A stretch of 64,000 nt of DNA from Longimicrobiales bacterium (lineage in GTDB: Bacteria; Gemmatimonadota; Gemmatimonadetes; Longimicrobiales; Gaopeijiaceae): positions 1 to 64,000 of the forward strand of contig OY730414.1 of the NCBI GenBank assembly GCA_963422615.1, written 5' to 3'. Position 1 is the stretch's first letter. Every line of letters starts with the position of its first letter. The notes beneath the pieces were generated by a model. It saw nothing but the letters and a program-made list of their open reading frames with translations, did no database searches and was not told the DNA's origin. Below, in pieces: positions 27,975 through 37,484 of this stretch. Position numbers and translations under genes: made by a program.

Positions 27975-30959
27975 ATGACCAAGAGCAAGCGTTCCAAGAC
28001 TGTCGAGACCCTCACCCATCCTGACGCGTCGCGCAAGAACATCCCGACCGTCGAGCACCGCTCGGTGATGGAGGACCACGACCGGCGCGCCATCGAGGTC
28101 GCCTATGGACGCTGCAACCGCGACCTGGACCCGCAGTTGGTCTGGCACGGCAAGGACGATCAAGGCTGGTCGGATCTGGTGGTGCAAGCGCCGCCGCTCT
28201 ACATCCAGGAAAAGGTGCATCCCAAGGTGCTGATCGACGACCTGAAGCGTCGCAGCCAAGCCAATGCCGACGACGAGACCGGGTCTCAGGCAGAGATCTT
28301 TGCAGACTTCAACGGCCTGCCCGATGGTGACGCCAGAACCGAGTTCTACCAGCACGACGCCAACTGGTCAAACCGCATGGTCTTGGGCGACAGCCTGCAA
28401 GTCATGGCCTCGCTGGCCGAGCGCGAGGGCCTGCGCGGCAAGGTGCAGTGCATCTACCTCGACCCGCCCTACGGCATCAAGTTCAACTCCAACTTCCAGT
28501 GGTCGACGACCAGCCGCGACGTGAAGGACGGCAAGAAGGAGCACATCACCCGCGAGCCGGAGCAGGTGAAGGCGTTCCGGGATACTTGGCGGGACGGGAT
28601 TCATTCGTACCTGACGTACTTGCGCGACCGGCTGACCGTGGCGCGGGACTTGTTGACGGAGAGTGGATCGATCTTCGTACAGATCGGGGATGAGAATGTG
28701 CATCGGGTAAGGGCGGTGATGGATGAGGTGTTTGGGGAGGGGAATTTTGTTGGTTTGATTACCTTCATGAAAGCAACAGCGCAGACTTCCAAGTTGCTAT
28801 CAACAGCGTCAGATTACTTGATTTGGTACGCTCGGTCAAAACCAGAAACAAAGTATCGCACCCCATTGCTAAGCAAGATAATTGGACAGACTGGTGCTAC
28901 GGGTTACTCAAACGTAGAAACGTCTGATGGAACTACCTCTCGTCGTATAAGCCAAGAGGAGCGGAATAATCCCAAGCTCATTTCTGAGAATGAGAAAGTG
29001 TTTGCATTAGACCATATACGCGGCACTAGAGCTCCGAATTCTTCTGATCTTAAAGGTTATGCATTTCAAGGTATAGTCTTTAATTTTGACGGACGCTATT
29101 GCTGGAAAACCAACAAAAAGGGTCTTGACAACCTTGGACGAGCTGGCCGGTTGGTAATAGCAGGAAATCAATTATCTTACAAACGATATTTCCACGATTT
29201 TATTTCCTATCCCATGACGACAAACTGGAGCGATACCGCTGGTGCGTCGGACAAGCGATATGTCGTAGAAACCTCAACCAAAGTCATCCAACGCTGCGTC
29301 CTCATGACCACCGACCCCGGCGACCTCGTCCTCGACCCCACTTGCGGCAGCGGCACCACCGCCTATGTCGCCGAGCAGTGGGGTCGCCGCTGGATCACCA
29401 TTGATACTTCTCGGGTGGCCTTGGCCCTGGCCCGCGCTCGGATCATGGGTGCCCGCTACCCGTACTATCTGCTCGCAGACAGCCCCGAAGGTCAAGCCAA
29501 GGAAGCTCAGATCAGCCGGAAGGCCCTCTCCGAGAAGCCGACTTTCGGTAACATCCGCCAGGGGTTCGTATACAAGCGTGTCCCACACATTACGCTCAAG
29601 TCCATCGCCAACAACGCCGAGATCAACGTAATCTGGGAGCGCTGGCAAGAAACGCTGGAACCGCTTCGGGCCGAAATGAACGCCGCGCTTGGGTCGACGT
29701 GGGAGGAGTGGGAGGTCCCGCGCGAAGCCATGAACCCGTGGCCCGAGGCTGCGACGAAGGCATGGAAACAGCTCCAGGCGGCAAAGACCGCTCCCACCCG
29801 GAAGAGGAACCTGCACAAGCTGAACCGCGCGCTCGGTCGGAAGTACGCCTTTGCCGACGTCCCCGAGCAGCCCGGGGACCCGTGGGGTCCCGGCGGTCCC
29901 GTTGACGCGCATCGCCGCTGGTGGGAAGCCCGCATCGCCCGCCAGAAGGAGATCGATGCCTCCATCGCCGCAAAGGCGAACTTCGAATACCTCTACGACA
30001 AGCCCTACGAAGACAAGAAGAAGGTTCGTGTCTCCGGCCCGTTCACGGTGGAGAGCGTTTCACCGCACCGTGTCCTTGGCGTCGACGAGAACGACGAGCT
30101 CATCGACAAGGTGGCAGAGCCACAGGCAGCCTACGATACGGGACAGGATTTCGCTGGCATGGTCCTGGAAAACCTCAAGACGGCAGGCGTCCAGCAGGCG
30201 CATAAGGAAGACAAGATCGAGTTCTCCTCGGTCGCCCCCTGGCCGGGCCGGCTTGTGTGTGCAGAGGGGCGGTATGTGGAGAAATCTGGGGGGGGGGGGG
30301 GGAAGGCAGTAGAAATTGATCATATCCAGAAGCGGGCCGGAATCTTCATTGGCCCCGAGTTCGGCACCGTCTTCCGACCCGATCTTGTCGATGCCGCCAA
30401 GGAGGCCGCCGAGGCAGGCTTCAACGTCCTGGTCACGTGCGCATTCAGCTACGGCGCCCATGTTTCCGACTTCAACAAGTTCGGCCGCATCCCCATCCTC
30501 AAGGCTCGCATGAACGCCGATCTGCACATGGCCAACGATCTCAAGAACACCGGCAAGGGGAATTTGTTTGTGATCTTCGGGGAGCCAGATATCGAAATAT
30601 TGAAAGCCGATAAAGCTGCCGGCGAACCGGACCATTTCCAGGTCAAGATCAAGGGTGTTGACGTCTATCATCCGAATACCGGCGAGATTCGCAGCGACAA
30701 CGCGGATGGCATCGCCTGCTGGTTCGTGGACACCGACTACAACGAAGAGAGCTTCTTCGTCCGCCACGCCTACTTTCTGGGTGCCAAGGACCCGTACAGA
30801 GCCTTGAAGACCACCCTCAAGACCGAGATCAACCAAGAAGCGTGGGCTACATTGACGAGCGACACGTCCCGACCCTTTCCGAAACCCGCATCCGGCCGCA
30901 TCGCCGTAAAGGTCATTAACCACCTGGGCGACGAAGTGATGAGGGTCTTTCGGGTGTAG
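27975..30959 (+). CDS. Type III-like Mod DNA methyltransferase (beta class, m6A)
   Basis: DPPYG, lower-GC target recognition segment at about 28740-29270, LDPTCGSGTT; KVINHLGDEVM end. Confidence 0.93.
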   Translation: MTKSKRSKTVETLTHPDASRKNIPTVEHRSVMEDHDRRAIEVAYGRCNRDLDPQLVWHGKDDQGWSDLVVQAPPLYIQEKVHPKVLIDDLKRRSQANADDETGSQAEIFADFNGLPDGDARTEFYQHDANWSNRMVLGDSLQVMASLAEREGLRGKVQCIYLDPPYGIKFNSNFQWSTTSRDVKDGKKEHITREPEQVKAFRDTWRDGIHSYLTYLRDRLTVARDLLTESGSIFVQIGDENVHRVRAVMDEVFGEGNFVGLITFMKATAQTSKLLSTASDYLIWYARSKPETKYRTPLLSKIIGQTGATGYSNVETSDGTTSRRISQEERNNPKLISENEKVFALDHIRGTRAPNSSDLKGYAFQGIVFNFDGRYCWKTNKKGLDNLGRAGRLVIAGNQLSYKRYFHDFISYPMTTNWSDTAGASDKRYVVETSTKVIQRCVLMTTDPGDLVLDPTCGSGTTAYVAEQWGRRWITIDTSRVALALARARIMGARYPYYLLADSPEGQAKEAQISRKALSEKPTFGNIRQGFVYKRVPHITLKSIANNAEINVIWERWQETLEPLRAEMNAALGSTWEEWEVPREAMNPWPEAATKAWKQLQAAKTAPTRKRNLHKLNRALGRKYAFADVPEQPGDPWGPGGPVDAHRRWWEARIARQKEIDASIAAKANFEYLYDKPYEDKKKVRVSGPFTVESVSPHRVLGVDENDELIDKVAEPQAAYDTGQDFAGMVLENLKTAGVQQAHKEDKIEFSSVAPWPGRLVCAEGRYVEKSGGGGGKAVEIDHIQKRAGIFIGPEFGTVFRPDLVDAAKEAAEAGFNVLVTCAFSYGAHVSDFNKFGRIPILKARMNADLHMANDLKNTGKGNLFVIFGEPDIEILKADKAAGEPDHFQVKIKGVDVYHPNTGEIRSDNADGIACWFVDTDYNEESFFVRHAYFLGAKDPYRALKTTLKTEINQEAWATLTSDTSRPFPKPASGRIAVKVINHLGDEVMRVFRV
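30288..30302 (+). repeat. G15 homopolymer inside mod, currently in frame
   Basis: TCT-G15-AAG encodes S-GGGGG-K. Confidence 0.95.
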
Positions 30960-31150
30960 CCCTGCATGGCCCTGTCCACCTTGAAGGCCCTGGACGGAAG
31001 ATCCGGACTTTGCGTAAACTTACCGCTTCGCCAAACGAGAACCTTTGTGAGGAGTCGTGAATGATTCGTAACCGATCCCGGCGGCCTGCCCGCGCGAGAA
31101 TGGAGCGGCGTGGACATCACAGGGAGGGAGCCGGAAAGGGGACCGGAGCC

Positions 31151-31642
31151 ATGAAGATTGGCTTCCCCACCCGGTTTTTGAGCCTCCTGATTCCTGGAGC
31201 CGTCGCGGTCAGTTTGGCCGGCTCGAAGTTCGGCCCCACCGTTGACCCCTTCGCCGGCCTGGAGAATCCGCCCGGAGCCATCCCGGCTGCCGGAACCGTT
31301 TCTCAACTCGCTTCCCTCAGGGTCCCCACCCTCCCCGCCGCCGACACCATCAGCTTCACGGACGACGTATTGCCCATCTTCCAGCAGCGCTGCGCCCAGT
31401 GTCACGGGGGCGCCGACGAGAACGGCCAAGTCCGCCTGGAAGCGGGCCTCAACCTTCTGGAATACGAGAAGGTCATGGCCGGCTCGGAGTTCGGAACGGT
31501 CGTCGAGGCCGGTAACGCCGAAGACAGCTTCCTCCTTGAAATGATCGTTGAGGGGGACATGCCCGAAGAGGGGGACCCCGTGCCCGAGGACGAGATCCGG
31601 ATCATCCGGGCGTGGATCGAGGCGGGCGCGCCCAACAACTGA
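31151..31642 (+). CDS. Monoheme c-type cytochrome (Planctomycete cytochrome C-like domain)
   Basis: ISFTDDVLPIFQQRCAQCHG, GDMP, IRAWIEAGA. Confidence 0.85.
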   Translation: MKIGFPTRFLSLLIPGAVAVSLAGSKFGPTVDPFAGLENPPGAIPAAGTVSQLASLRVPTLPAADTISFTDDVLPIFQQRCAQCHGGADENGQVRLEAGLNLLEYEKVMAGSEFGTVVEAGNAEDSFLLEMIVEGDMPEEGDPVPEDEIRIIRAWIEAGAPNN

Positions 31643-31802
31643 GGCTCATTCGGGTGGGGGACCCTAGGGCAACGTCCCGGAAAAGCCGGGGTCGGCGGCC
31701 CCTTGTAGGCAGCGGAACTGCACGGGGGTCTAGGGGGAGAGGGATGCGCGGGTCCCAAGTTGGAGGGCCCCTTGCTGATCCGGTTGACGAAGTGCGGCCG
31801 CG

Positions 31803-32645
31803 TCAGCCTCGGGGGCTGGCCGAGACTTCCCGTTTGAGGTTCTCCACGCTGAGGGTGCGCTGTTTCCCTTCCTTATCCTCTAGCGTGACGGTCTCTTTGA
31901 AGATGTTCAGCCCCGTCACCTTCTCTTTTCCCAAGGATGTCTTCAGGACTCTGCCCTCCCGGGGGAACTTCCGGCGCGCCTTGACGTAGGTGTCGTGTTC
32001 GTACATCAGGCAACACATGAGGCGTCCGCAACACCCCGAAATCTGGGAAGGGTTCAGCGACAGGTTTTGGTCCTTGGCCACGCGAAGGCTCACGGGCTTG
32101 AGCTCGGGAAGCCAAGTCGAACAACAGAGTTCGCGGCCGCACCGACCCACGCCCCCCAGCAGGGCGGCTTCCTCCCGAACGCTGATCTGTTTTAGTTCGA
32201 TTCGAGTTCGAAATGTGCGCGCCAAGTCCCGCACAAGTGCCCGGAAATCGACCCGTTTCTCGGCCGTGAAGTAGATGGTGAGTTTTTTCCGGTCGAACTG
32301 CCACTCTGCCTCGGAAACCTTCATCTTCAGGCGGTGGTGGTTGACCTGTTTTCGCACTTCTCGCCGAGCGTAGTCCTCGTCGGCCCGCTTGCCCTCGGCC
32401 CGGAGGACTTCTCCGGATTCCGCTCGGCGAAGAACCCGCTTTGTCGGCGTGGGCGTCGCGCAACCCCCGGAAGATGAGCACTTGCGCATGGCAATGTTTC
32501 CGACGGCGGAGACCCGCCCCAGATCCTCGCCTCTGTCCGCCTCGACGATGACCGGGTCGCCCGGCGACAGATCGAGCGTGTCGAAGTGAAAGAAATCCCG
32601 ACGGGTGCCCTTGAACTTCACCTCTGCAAATCCGTCCATGCTCAT
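31803..32645 (-). CDS. ricT: PSP1/YaaT (RicT) family protein
   Basis: YFTAEKRVDFRALVRDLA, GRCGRELCC, ISGCCGRLMCCL. Confidence 0.92.
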   Translation of the reverse strand: MSMDGFAEVKFKGTRRDFFHFDTLDLSPGDPVIVEADRGEDLGRVSAVGNIAMRKCSSSGGCATPTPTKRVLRRAESGEVLRAEGKRADEDYARREVRKQVNHHRLKMKVSEAEWQFDRKKLTIYFTAEKRVDFRALVRDLARTFRTRIELKQISVREEAALLGGVGRCGRELCCSTWLPELKPVSLRVAKDQNLSLNPSQISGCCGRLMCCLMYEHDTYVKARRKFPREGRVLKTSLGKEKVTGLNIFKETVTLEDKEGKQRTLSVENLKREVSASPRG

Positions 32646-32775
32646 CGCCTCGGTCCCAATACGTCCGCCCCGTCTTCCCGACCGTCCCCATGATCCCCCG
32701 CCCCGTCGTCATGGGCGCCTATCGTCAGCGCCTGTACCTCCGGAGCGAAACAGCCACCAAGTTCCGGAGCCGCCT

Positions 32776-33747
32776 TCATGCGGGCGCCCCTTCGGTCCAC
32801 GTACCCAGGGTTTCGTACTTCGCCCACCGCTCCCTGGCCAAGAGTCCGGGTTCCCGCCCTTCCAGCTCGACCAAGTGTCGGGAAAGGGCCTCGGCCACGG
32901 CCTTCATGGCCGCTTCCGGATTTGCGTGAGCACCGCCCGGTGGCTCGGCAATGACCTCGTCGGCAATGCCCAATGCCTTCAGGTCGGACGACGTGAGACA
33001 GAGGGCCCGGGCCGCCTCTTCTCGGTGGTCGGCGGATCGCCAGAGAATGGCGGCACAACCCTCCGGAGAGATGACGGAGTAGATCGCGTGTTCAAGGAGC
33101 AGGATTCGGTCGCTGACGCCCAGGGCCAGGGCACCGCCGGACCCTCCTTCGCCGATCACGACGGAGACGGTGGGGGTGCGGAGACGGGCCATCTCCCTCA
33201 GGTTGGTGGCGATCGCTTCGGCCTGACCCCGTTCTTCGGCGCCGAATCCCGGGTAGGCGCCCGGCGTGTCGATCAGGGTGATCACCGGGGCTCCGAATTT
33301 CTCGGCCATCTTCATGAGGCGCAGGGCCTTCCGGTACCCCTCCGGATGGGGCATTCCGAAGTTCCGGCGCAGGTTCTCCTTCATGTCCCGGCCCTTTTGA
33401 TGGCCGATCACCACGACGGACCTCCCGCCGAAACGGGCCCAACCCCCGATGATGGCCTCGTCGTTCCGATATCGTCGGTCTCCCTTGAGCTCGAACCAAT
33501 CCGTGAAGATCGCGCCGATGTAGTCCAGGGTATACGGGCGGCGCGGGTGTCGGGCAACTTGAACCTGCTCCATGGGGCTCAAGTTCCGGTACGTCTCCTC
33601 CCGTAAGGTTTCGAGTTTATCGGTCAGCAGCCGCAGTTCGTCCGAAACGTCCAGGCCCCGCTTCGCCGCCGTGTCCCGGAGCCGGGATATCTGGTTCTCG
33701 ATTTCCTTGATGTCCCGCTCGAAGGCGAGGTGCGATGAAGCGGACAC
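32776..33747 (-). CDS. accA: Acetyl-CoA carboxylase carboxyltransferase alpha subunit
   Basis: ARHPRRPYTLDY, NFGMPHPEGYRKALR, DTPGAYPG, GEGGSGGAL. Confidence 0.97.
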   Translation of the reverse strand: MSASSHLAFERDIKEIENQISRLRDTAAKRGLDVSDELRLLTDKLETLREETYRNLSPMEQVQVARHPRRPYTLDYIGAIFTDWFELKGDRRYRNDEAIIGGWARFGGRSVVVIGHQKGRDMKENLRRNFGMPHPEGYRKALRLMKMAEKFGAPVITLIDTPGAYPGFGAEERGQAEAIATNLREMARLRTPTVSVVIGEGGSGGALALGVSDRILLLEHAIYSVISPEGCAAILWRSADHREEAARALCLTSSDLKALGIADEVIAEPPGGAHANPEAAMKAVAEALSRHLVELEGREPGLLARERWAKYETLGTWTEGAPA

Positions 33748-33959
33748 CGGATACTCCTTACGTCATGAGGTTCCCAGCGGGACGGAGAACCGCCGAGAAG
33801 GCACGGGCTGGACCAGAGCCCCCAAGAGGGAAGCCCGCGTTCGGGAGGAAAACGGATCCCGAGGCTGGCCGCCGATCCCTTAGCCCCCGCTGCCCCCCGC
33901 CCAAGCGCCCTGCGCAAGATAGTACACGCCGGTCCTTCGGCGCCAAAATCTTACCGGAG

Positions 33960-35684
33960 TCAGCCCTTGAGCACCCACCCGTCCGGGTCCAGGACAACCG
34001 CGTCGGGTGGGCCGGAGACGGGGATTCGGAACGTTTGGGAACGGGCGTCCACCACGATCCGCTCCCTTACCGGGCCGTTCGCGCCCCGAACCTCCACATC
34101 CATGGGAAGACGGAAGACGGGCCATTCGGGAGACTGGGTCTGATTGACCGTGAGGAGGAGCTCGGCGCCGTCCGGAGAGAGTTCCCACGCCGGCTCCAGC
34201 ACCGGATACCCCGGCTGGCGAATCCACTGTTCAAAGAACCATCCCAGGGACTGGCCCGAGACGGCTTCGAAGACGCGCATCAGGTCTTCCGTGAGGGCGT
34301 TTCCATAGGCGTACTCCGCATAGTAGGCCCGGATGGCGCGAAAGAACGCGTCGTCGCCCAGCACGCCCCGGAGCATGTGCAGGACCCAAGCGCCCTTTGC
34401 GTAGTTGTTGCGGTTCAGAAGGTCGAAGAGGTTGTCTGAACCGTCGGATGCCACGATGGGCCGATCGACGTCGTCCGATGCCAGATAGCCCCCTCGGCTT
34501 GTCTCCATGCGGCTGCGAAACGCCTCGTTGCCGTCTGCCGCCTCGAAGAAGAGGGCCCCGAAGTAGGTCGCGAAGCCCTCCGAAAGCCAGAGATGGCTCC
34601 AAGCGGCTTCGGTGGCCGAATCCCCGAACCACTGGTGAGCGATCTCGTGAGAGACCGTTCCTTCGCCCAACCGACCGGCCGCGATGGCCTGTTCGCTATA
34701 GAAGATGGCGGAGGAGTTCTCCATGCCGCCGAAACGGGTCGCCGACTGGACGTTCGCAAGCTTTTCGAAAGGATAGGGCCCCACGGTTTCGGTGAAGAAG
34801 TCCACCATCTCGGGCGCCCTGCGAAAGACCTCCCGGGCGAAGGCGCTGTCTTCCGGATACACCCAGAAGGAAACGTCGATGCAGCCGTCCGCATCAGGGC
34901 TCACAGGAGCGTTGCCGCAGGCGGCTCGCCCCAGGGACTCGACGGCGAAGTCGGCGGCGCCGACCACCAAGGTGTAGGTGGGGTGGGGAACATCGGTGGC
35001 CCAGCGCCAGGTGGTTGCGCCTTGGGCGCCAAGGGCTCCGCTTGAGCCGATGGGGGCGCCATTGGCGATGACTTGCCACTGGGCGGGGGCGTGGACCGTG
35101 AAGGCCGCCGTCGCCTTGTCTGCCGGGTGATCCACGGAGGGAAGCCAGAAGCGAGCCCGGTTCGGCCAGTTGTCCACGAAGGCGGAGGGGTTGCCGTGGA
35201 CGTTCTCGCGAAGGATCAGGCCGTCGTCGGGGGTACCGTGATACTCGATGGTGATGTGCAGGGAGTCCGGGGAGGCCCCACCGTTCCGGGGACGGGAATC
35301 GTCCGTGGGGAGGGGGCTGTTGCCAGGCTCTCCCTCGAGCGGGACGGTGAGTTTGCCAGCTTCGTAGGTAAAGCCCGACGCCTGGCCGTTGACGGACACG
35401 CTCCGAATGCCCAGGCCGGTCAGGTCCAGGGGGAGCTCGGGCGCGCCGTTCGTTCGAACGGTGAGGGTCACTCGTCCTTCGATTTCCGGAGCACCCAGGG
35501 AGAGCTCGATGTCGTAGTGCAGGACATCCGCGGCCAAGTCGTATTCGCCCGCCGCTGCCGGGAGACCCGCTTCCACCGGGGGCGGCTCCGGAGCGCTGTA
35601 GCGGACGGGGGTGGGAGGCTGGGTACCGCATCCGCCAAGGAGAAGCGGAAGGGGAAGAAGCAAGGGGCGGGCATTGAGATTCAT
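33960..35684 (-). CDS. M1 family aminopeptidase lipoprotein
   Basis: LGGC lipobox, GGMEN, HEIAHQWFG...WLSEGFATY, YAKGAWVLHMLR. Confidence 0.93.
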   Translation of the reverse strand: MNLNARPLLLPLPLLLGGCGTQPPTPVRYSAPEPPPVEAGLPAAAGEYDLAADVLHYDIELSLGAPEIEGRVTLTVRTNGAPELPLDLTGLGIRSVSVNGQASGFTYEAGKLTVPLEGEPGNSPLPTDDSRPRNGGASPDSLHITIEYHGTPDDGLILRENVHGNPSAFVDNWPNRARFWLPSVDHPADKATAAFTVHAPAQWQVIANGAPIGSSGALGAQGATTWRWATDVPHPTYTLVVGAADFAVESLGRAACGNAPVSPDADGCIDVSFWVYPEDSAFAREVFRRAPEMVDFFTETVGPYPFEKLANVQSATRFGGMENSSAIFYSEQAIAAGRLGEGTVSHEIAHQWFGDSATEAAWSHLWLSEGFATYFGALFFEAADGNEAFRSRMETSRGGYLASDDVDRPIVASDGSDNLFDLLNRNNYAKGAWVLHMLRGVLGDDAFFRAIRAYYAEYAYGNALTEDLMRVFEAVSGQSLGWFFEQWIRQPGYPVLEPAWELSPDGAELLLTVNQTQSPEWPVFRLPMDVEVRGANGPVRERIVVDARSQTFRIPVSGPPDAVVLDPDGWVLKG

Positions 35685-35827
35685 CGGGAGGTGTCCGTCT
35701 GTTCGTCAAAATGGGATTCGATTGCTCGGTGGAACGATAGCAGACCGCCGACGATCGCGCCCGACTCCGCCGGCGACGATTGGTTTCGGAATTGACGAAC
35801 CCAGGGTCGCAACCCGACTCTGATTTC

Positions 35828-36502
35828 ATGTCCCACTCCGTACGCCGGCATTTGCGGGTCGAACTTGACGCCTACGACGAGACGATCCGACGCTTCATCC
35901 CGGGGTACGAGACGATGTTGCACGTGACCGCGGCAGAGATCGCCGCGAACGGCCCGGCTGTCGTCCTTGATCTTGGCGCGGGCACGGGCGCCCTCACGGA
36001 AGCGATCCTGCATGGGCACCAAGTCCGGACCGTCAAACTGATCGAAATCGACGGGGACATGCTGGCCCGGGCCCGGACCCGCCTAGCCCGGTACGGCGAA
36101 CGGGTCCGGTTTCGCCGGGGTTCGTTCCACGACGCGCTCCCCAAGTGTGACGGTGTTGTGGCTTCTCTCGCGCTGCATCACGTGCCGACCATGAAGGAGA
36201 AGCGGAGGCTCTACCGGCGGATCCACGAGGCCCTTCGCCCGGGTGGCGGGTTCGTGAACTCCGACGTCGTGATGCCGGCGGACCCCGCCGAACAGGAGGC
36301 GGTGTACGGCATTTGGGCCGACCACATGGTCACGAGCGGGATTAAGAAGGCGCGGGCCCAAGAGCACTTCCTGGAGTGGGCCGAAGAGGACACCTATTTT
36401 CCCGTTGAAGCGGAGCTGGCCGCCATGGGCGCCGCCGGATTCAAGGCCAAGTGCGTGTGGCACGAGGGCCCGCTGGCGGTGGTGGCGGGGCGGAAGGGGT
36501 AG
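35828..36502 (+). CDS. Class I SAM-dependent methyltransferase
   Basis: VLDLGAGTG, SLALHH, LRPGG. Confidence 0.88.
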   Translation: MSHSVRRHLRVELDAYDETIRRFIPGYETMLHVTAAEIAANGPAVVLDLGAGTGALTEAILHGHQVRTVKLIEIDGDMLARARTRLARYGERVRFRRGSFHDALPKCDGVVASLALHHVPTMKEKRRLYRRIHEALRPGGGFVNSDVVMPADPAEQEAVYGIWADHMVTSGIKKARAQEHFLEWAEEDTYFPVEAELAAMGAAGFKAKCVWHEGPLAVVAGRKG

Positions 36503-37484
36503 GCGTGGGGGAACGGGAGAAACGGGGCGCAGATATCTACACGGTCAGTCAGCACCGGGGACGCTTGGGGGGCGAGGACGAACCGGTGTAGCGAACAAAA
36601 GCCGAACTCCGGTCCGATACGGAAGCGAACCGACGCGACCCGGCTTCCCACCGAAAGGACGGCATCAACTGAGACGCAAGCGTTCTTGGACCGGGAAACA
36701 AAGGTGTCCGGCGCGGTACGCTCAGCCGGTGCGGAAAGACCCCCGGATCCGGAGCCGCACGCTCAACCTCCGGAGCGGCTCGGAGGGCTTCCATCGCCGC
36801 CGGTGCTGCCGGGAGGCCGATACCCGAGCGCTTCCACGGCGTTCAGCACCGCTTGCTCGGCTTCGCGTTCAGCTTGGGCTTCCGCGGCTTGGGAAGCCGC
36901 CTGAATACCCTCAGCAATCCGCCGGAGCCTGAGCCCAAGCTGAGCCAATTCGGACTCCGGAGCGCAGCCGTTTATCGCCGACAGCGCAAAGCGCGCTTGG
37001 CGGAGCGGAAGACGGCTCAGTCTCAACCCGCCACTGAAAGACAGTATCTGGCCTTACCACGGCTCGGCTCCGCTATCCGTAAGCACTACACCATAGATCA
37101 TACCGAGCCATTCATCACCGGCTTGGCTCCGGAGCGTCACTACGGATCCCGGAAGATCCGCTTGCAGCTTGGACAGAGAGTACGCACGCCGGAGCAGCAC
37201 CACCGCGCACCACTTCCCGCTTTCGAGCCGGCTCGGCTTGGCAGTAGAACTGTACCGCACTCCGACTCCGCCTTCCGAGCCAAGCCTAAGCCCAATCCAC
37301 CGCAATAGGTTCAGCAGCAACGTTCAACCTTCCTTTCGTAATAAGTATTCCGCCGGGAGTTATTCTCTCTTACCGCCCGGAAGCTCGGAAGCCGCACAGA
37401 ACCGAGCGGAAGCCCGCACCACAAGTCGCCGCGGAGCCGCCCGGGAACCGGGCAAGTACGCAAACGGGACATAACCATCCCCCT

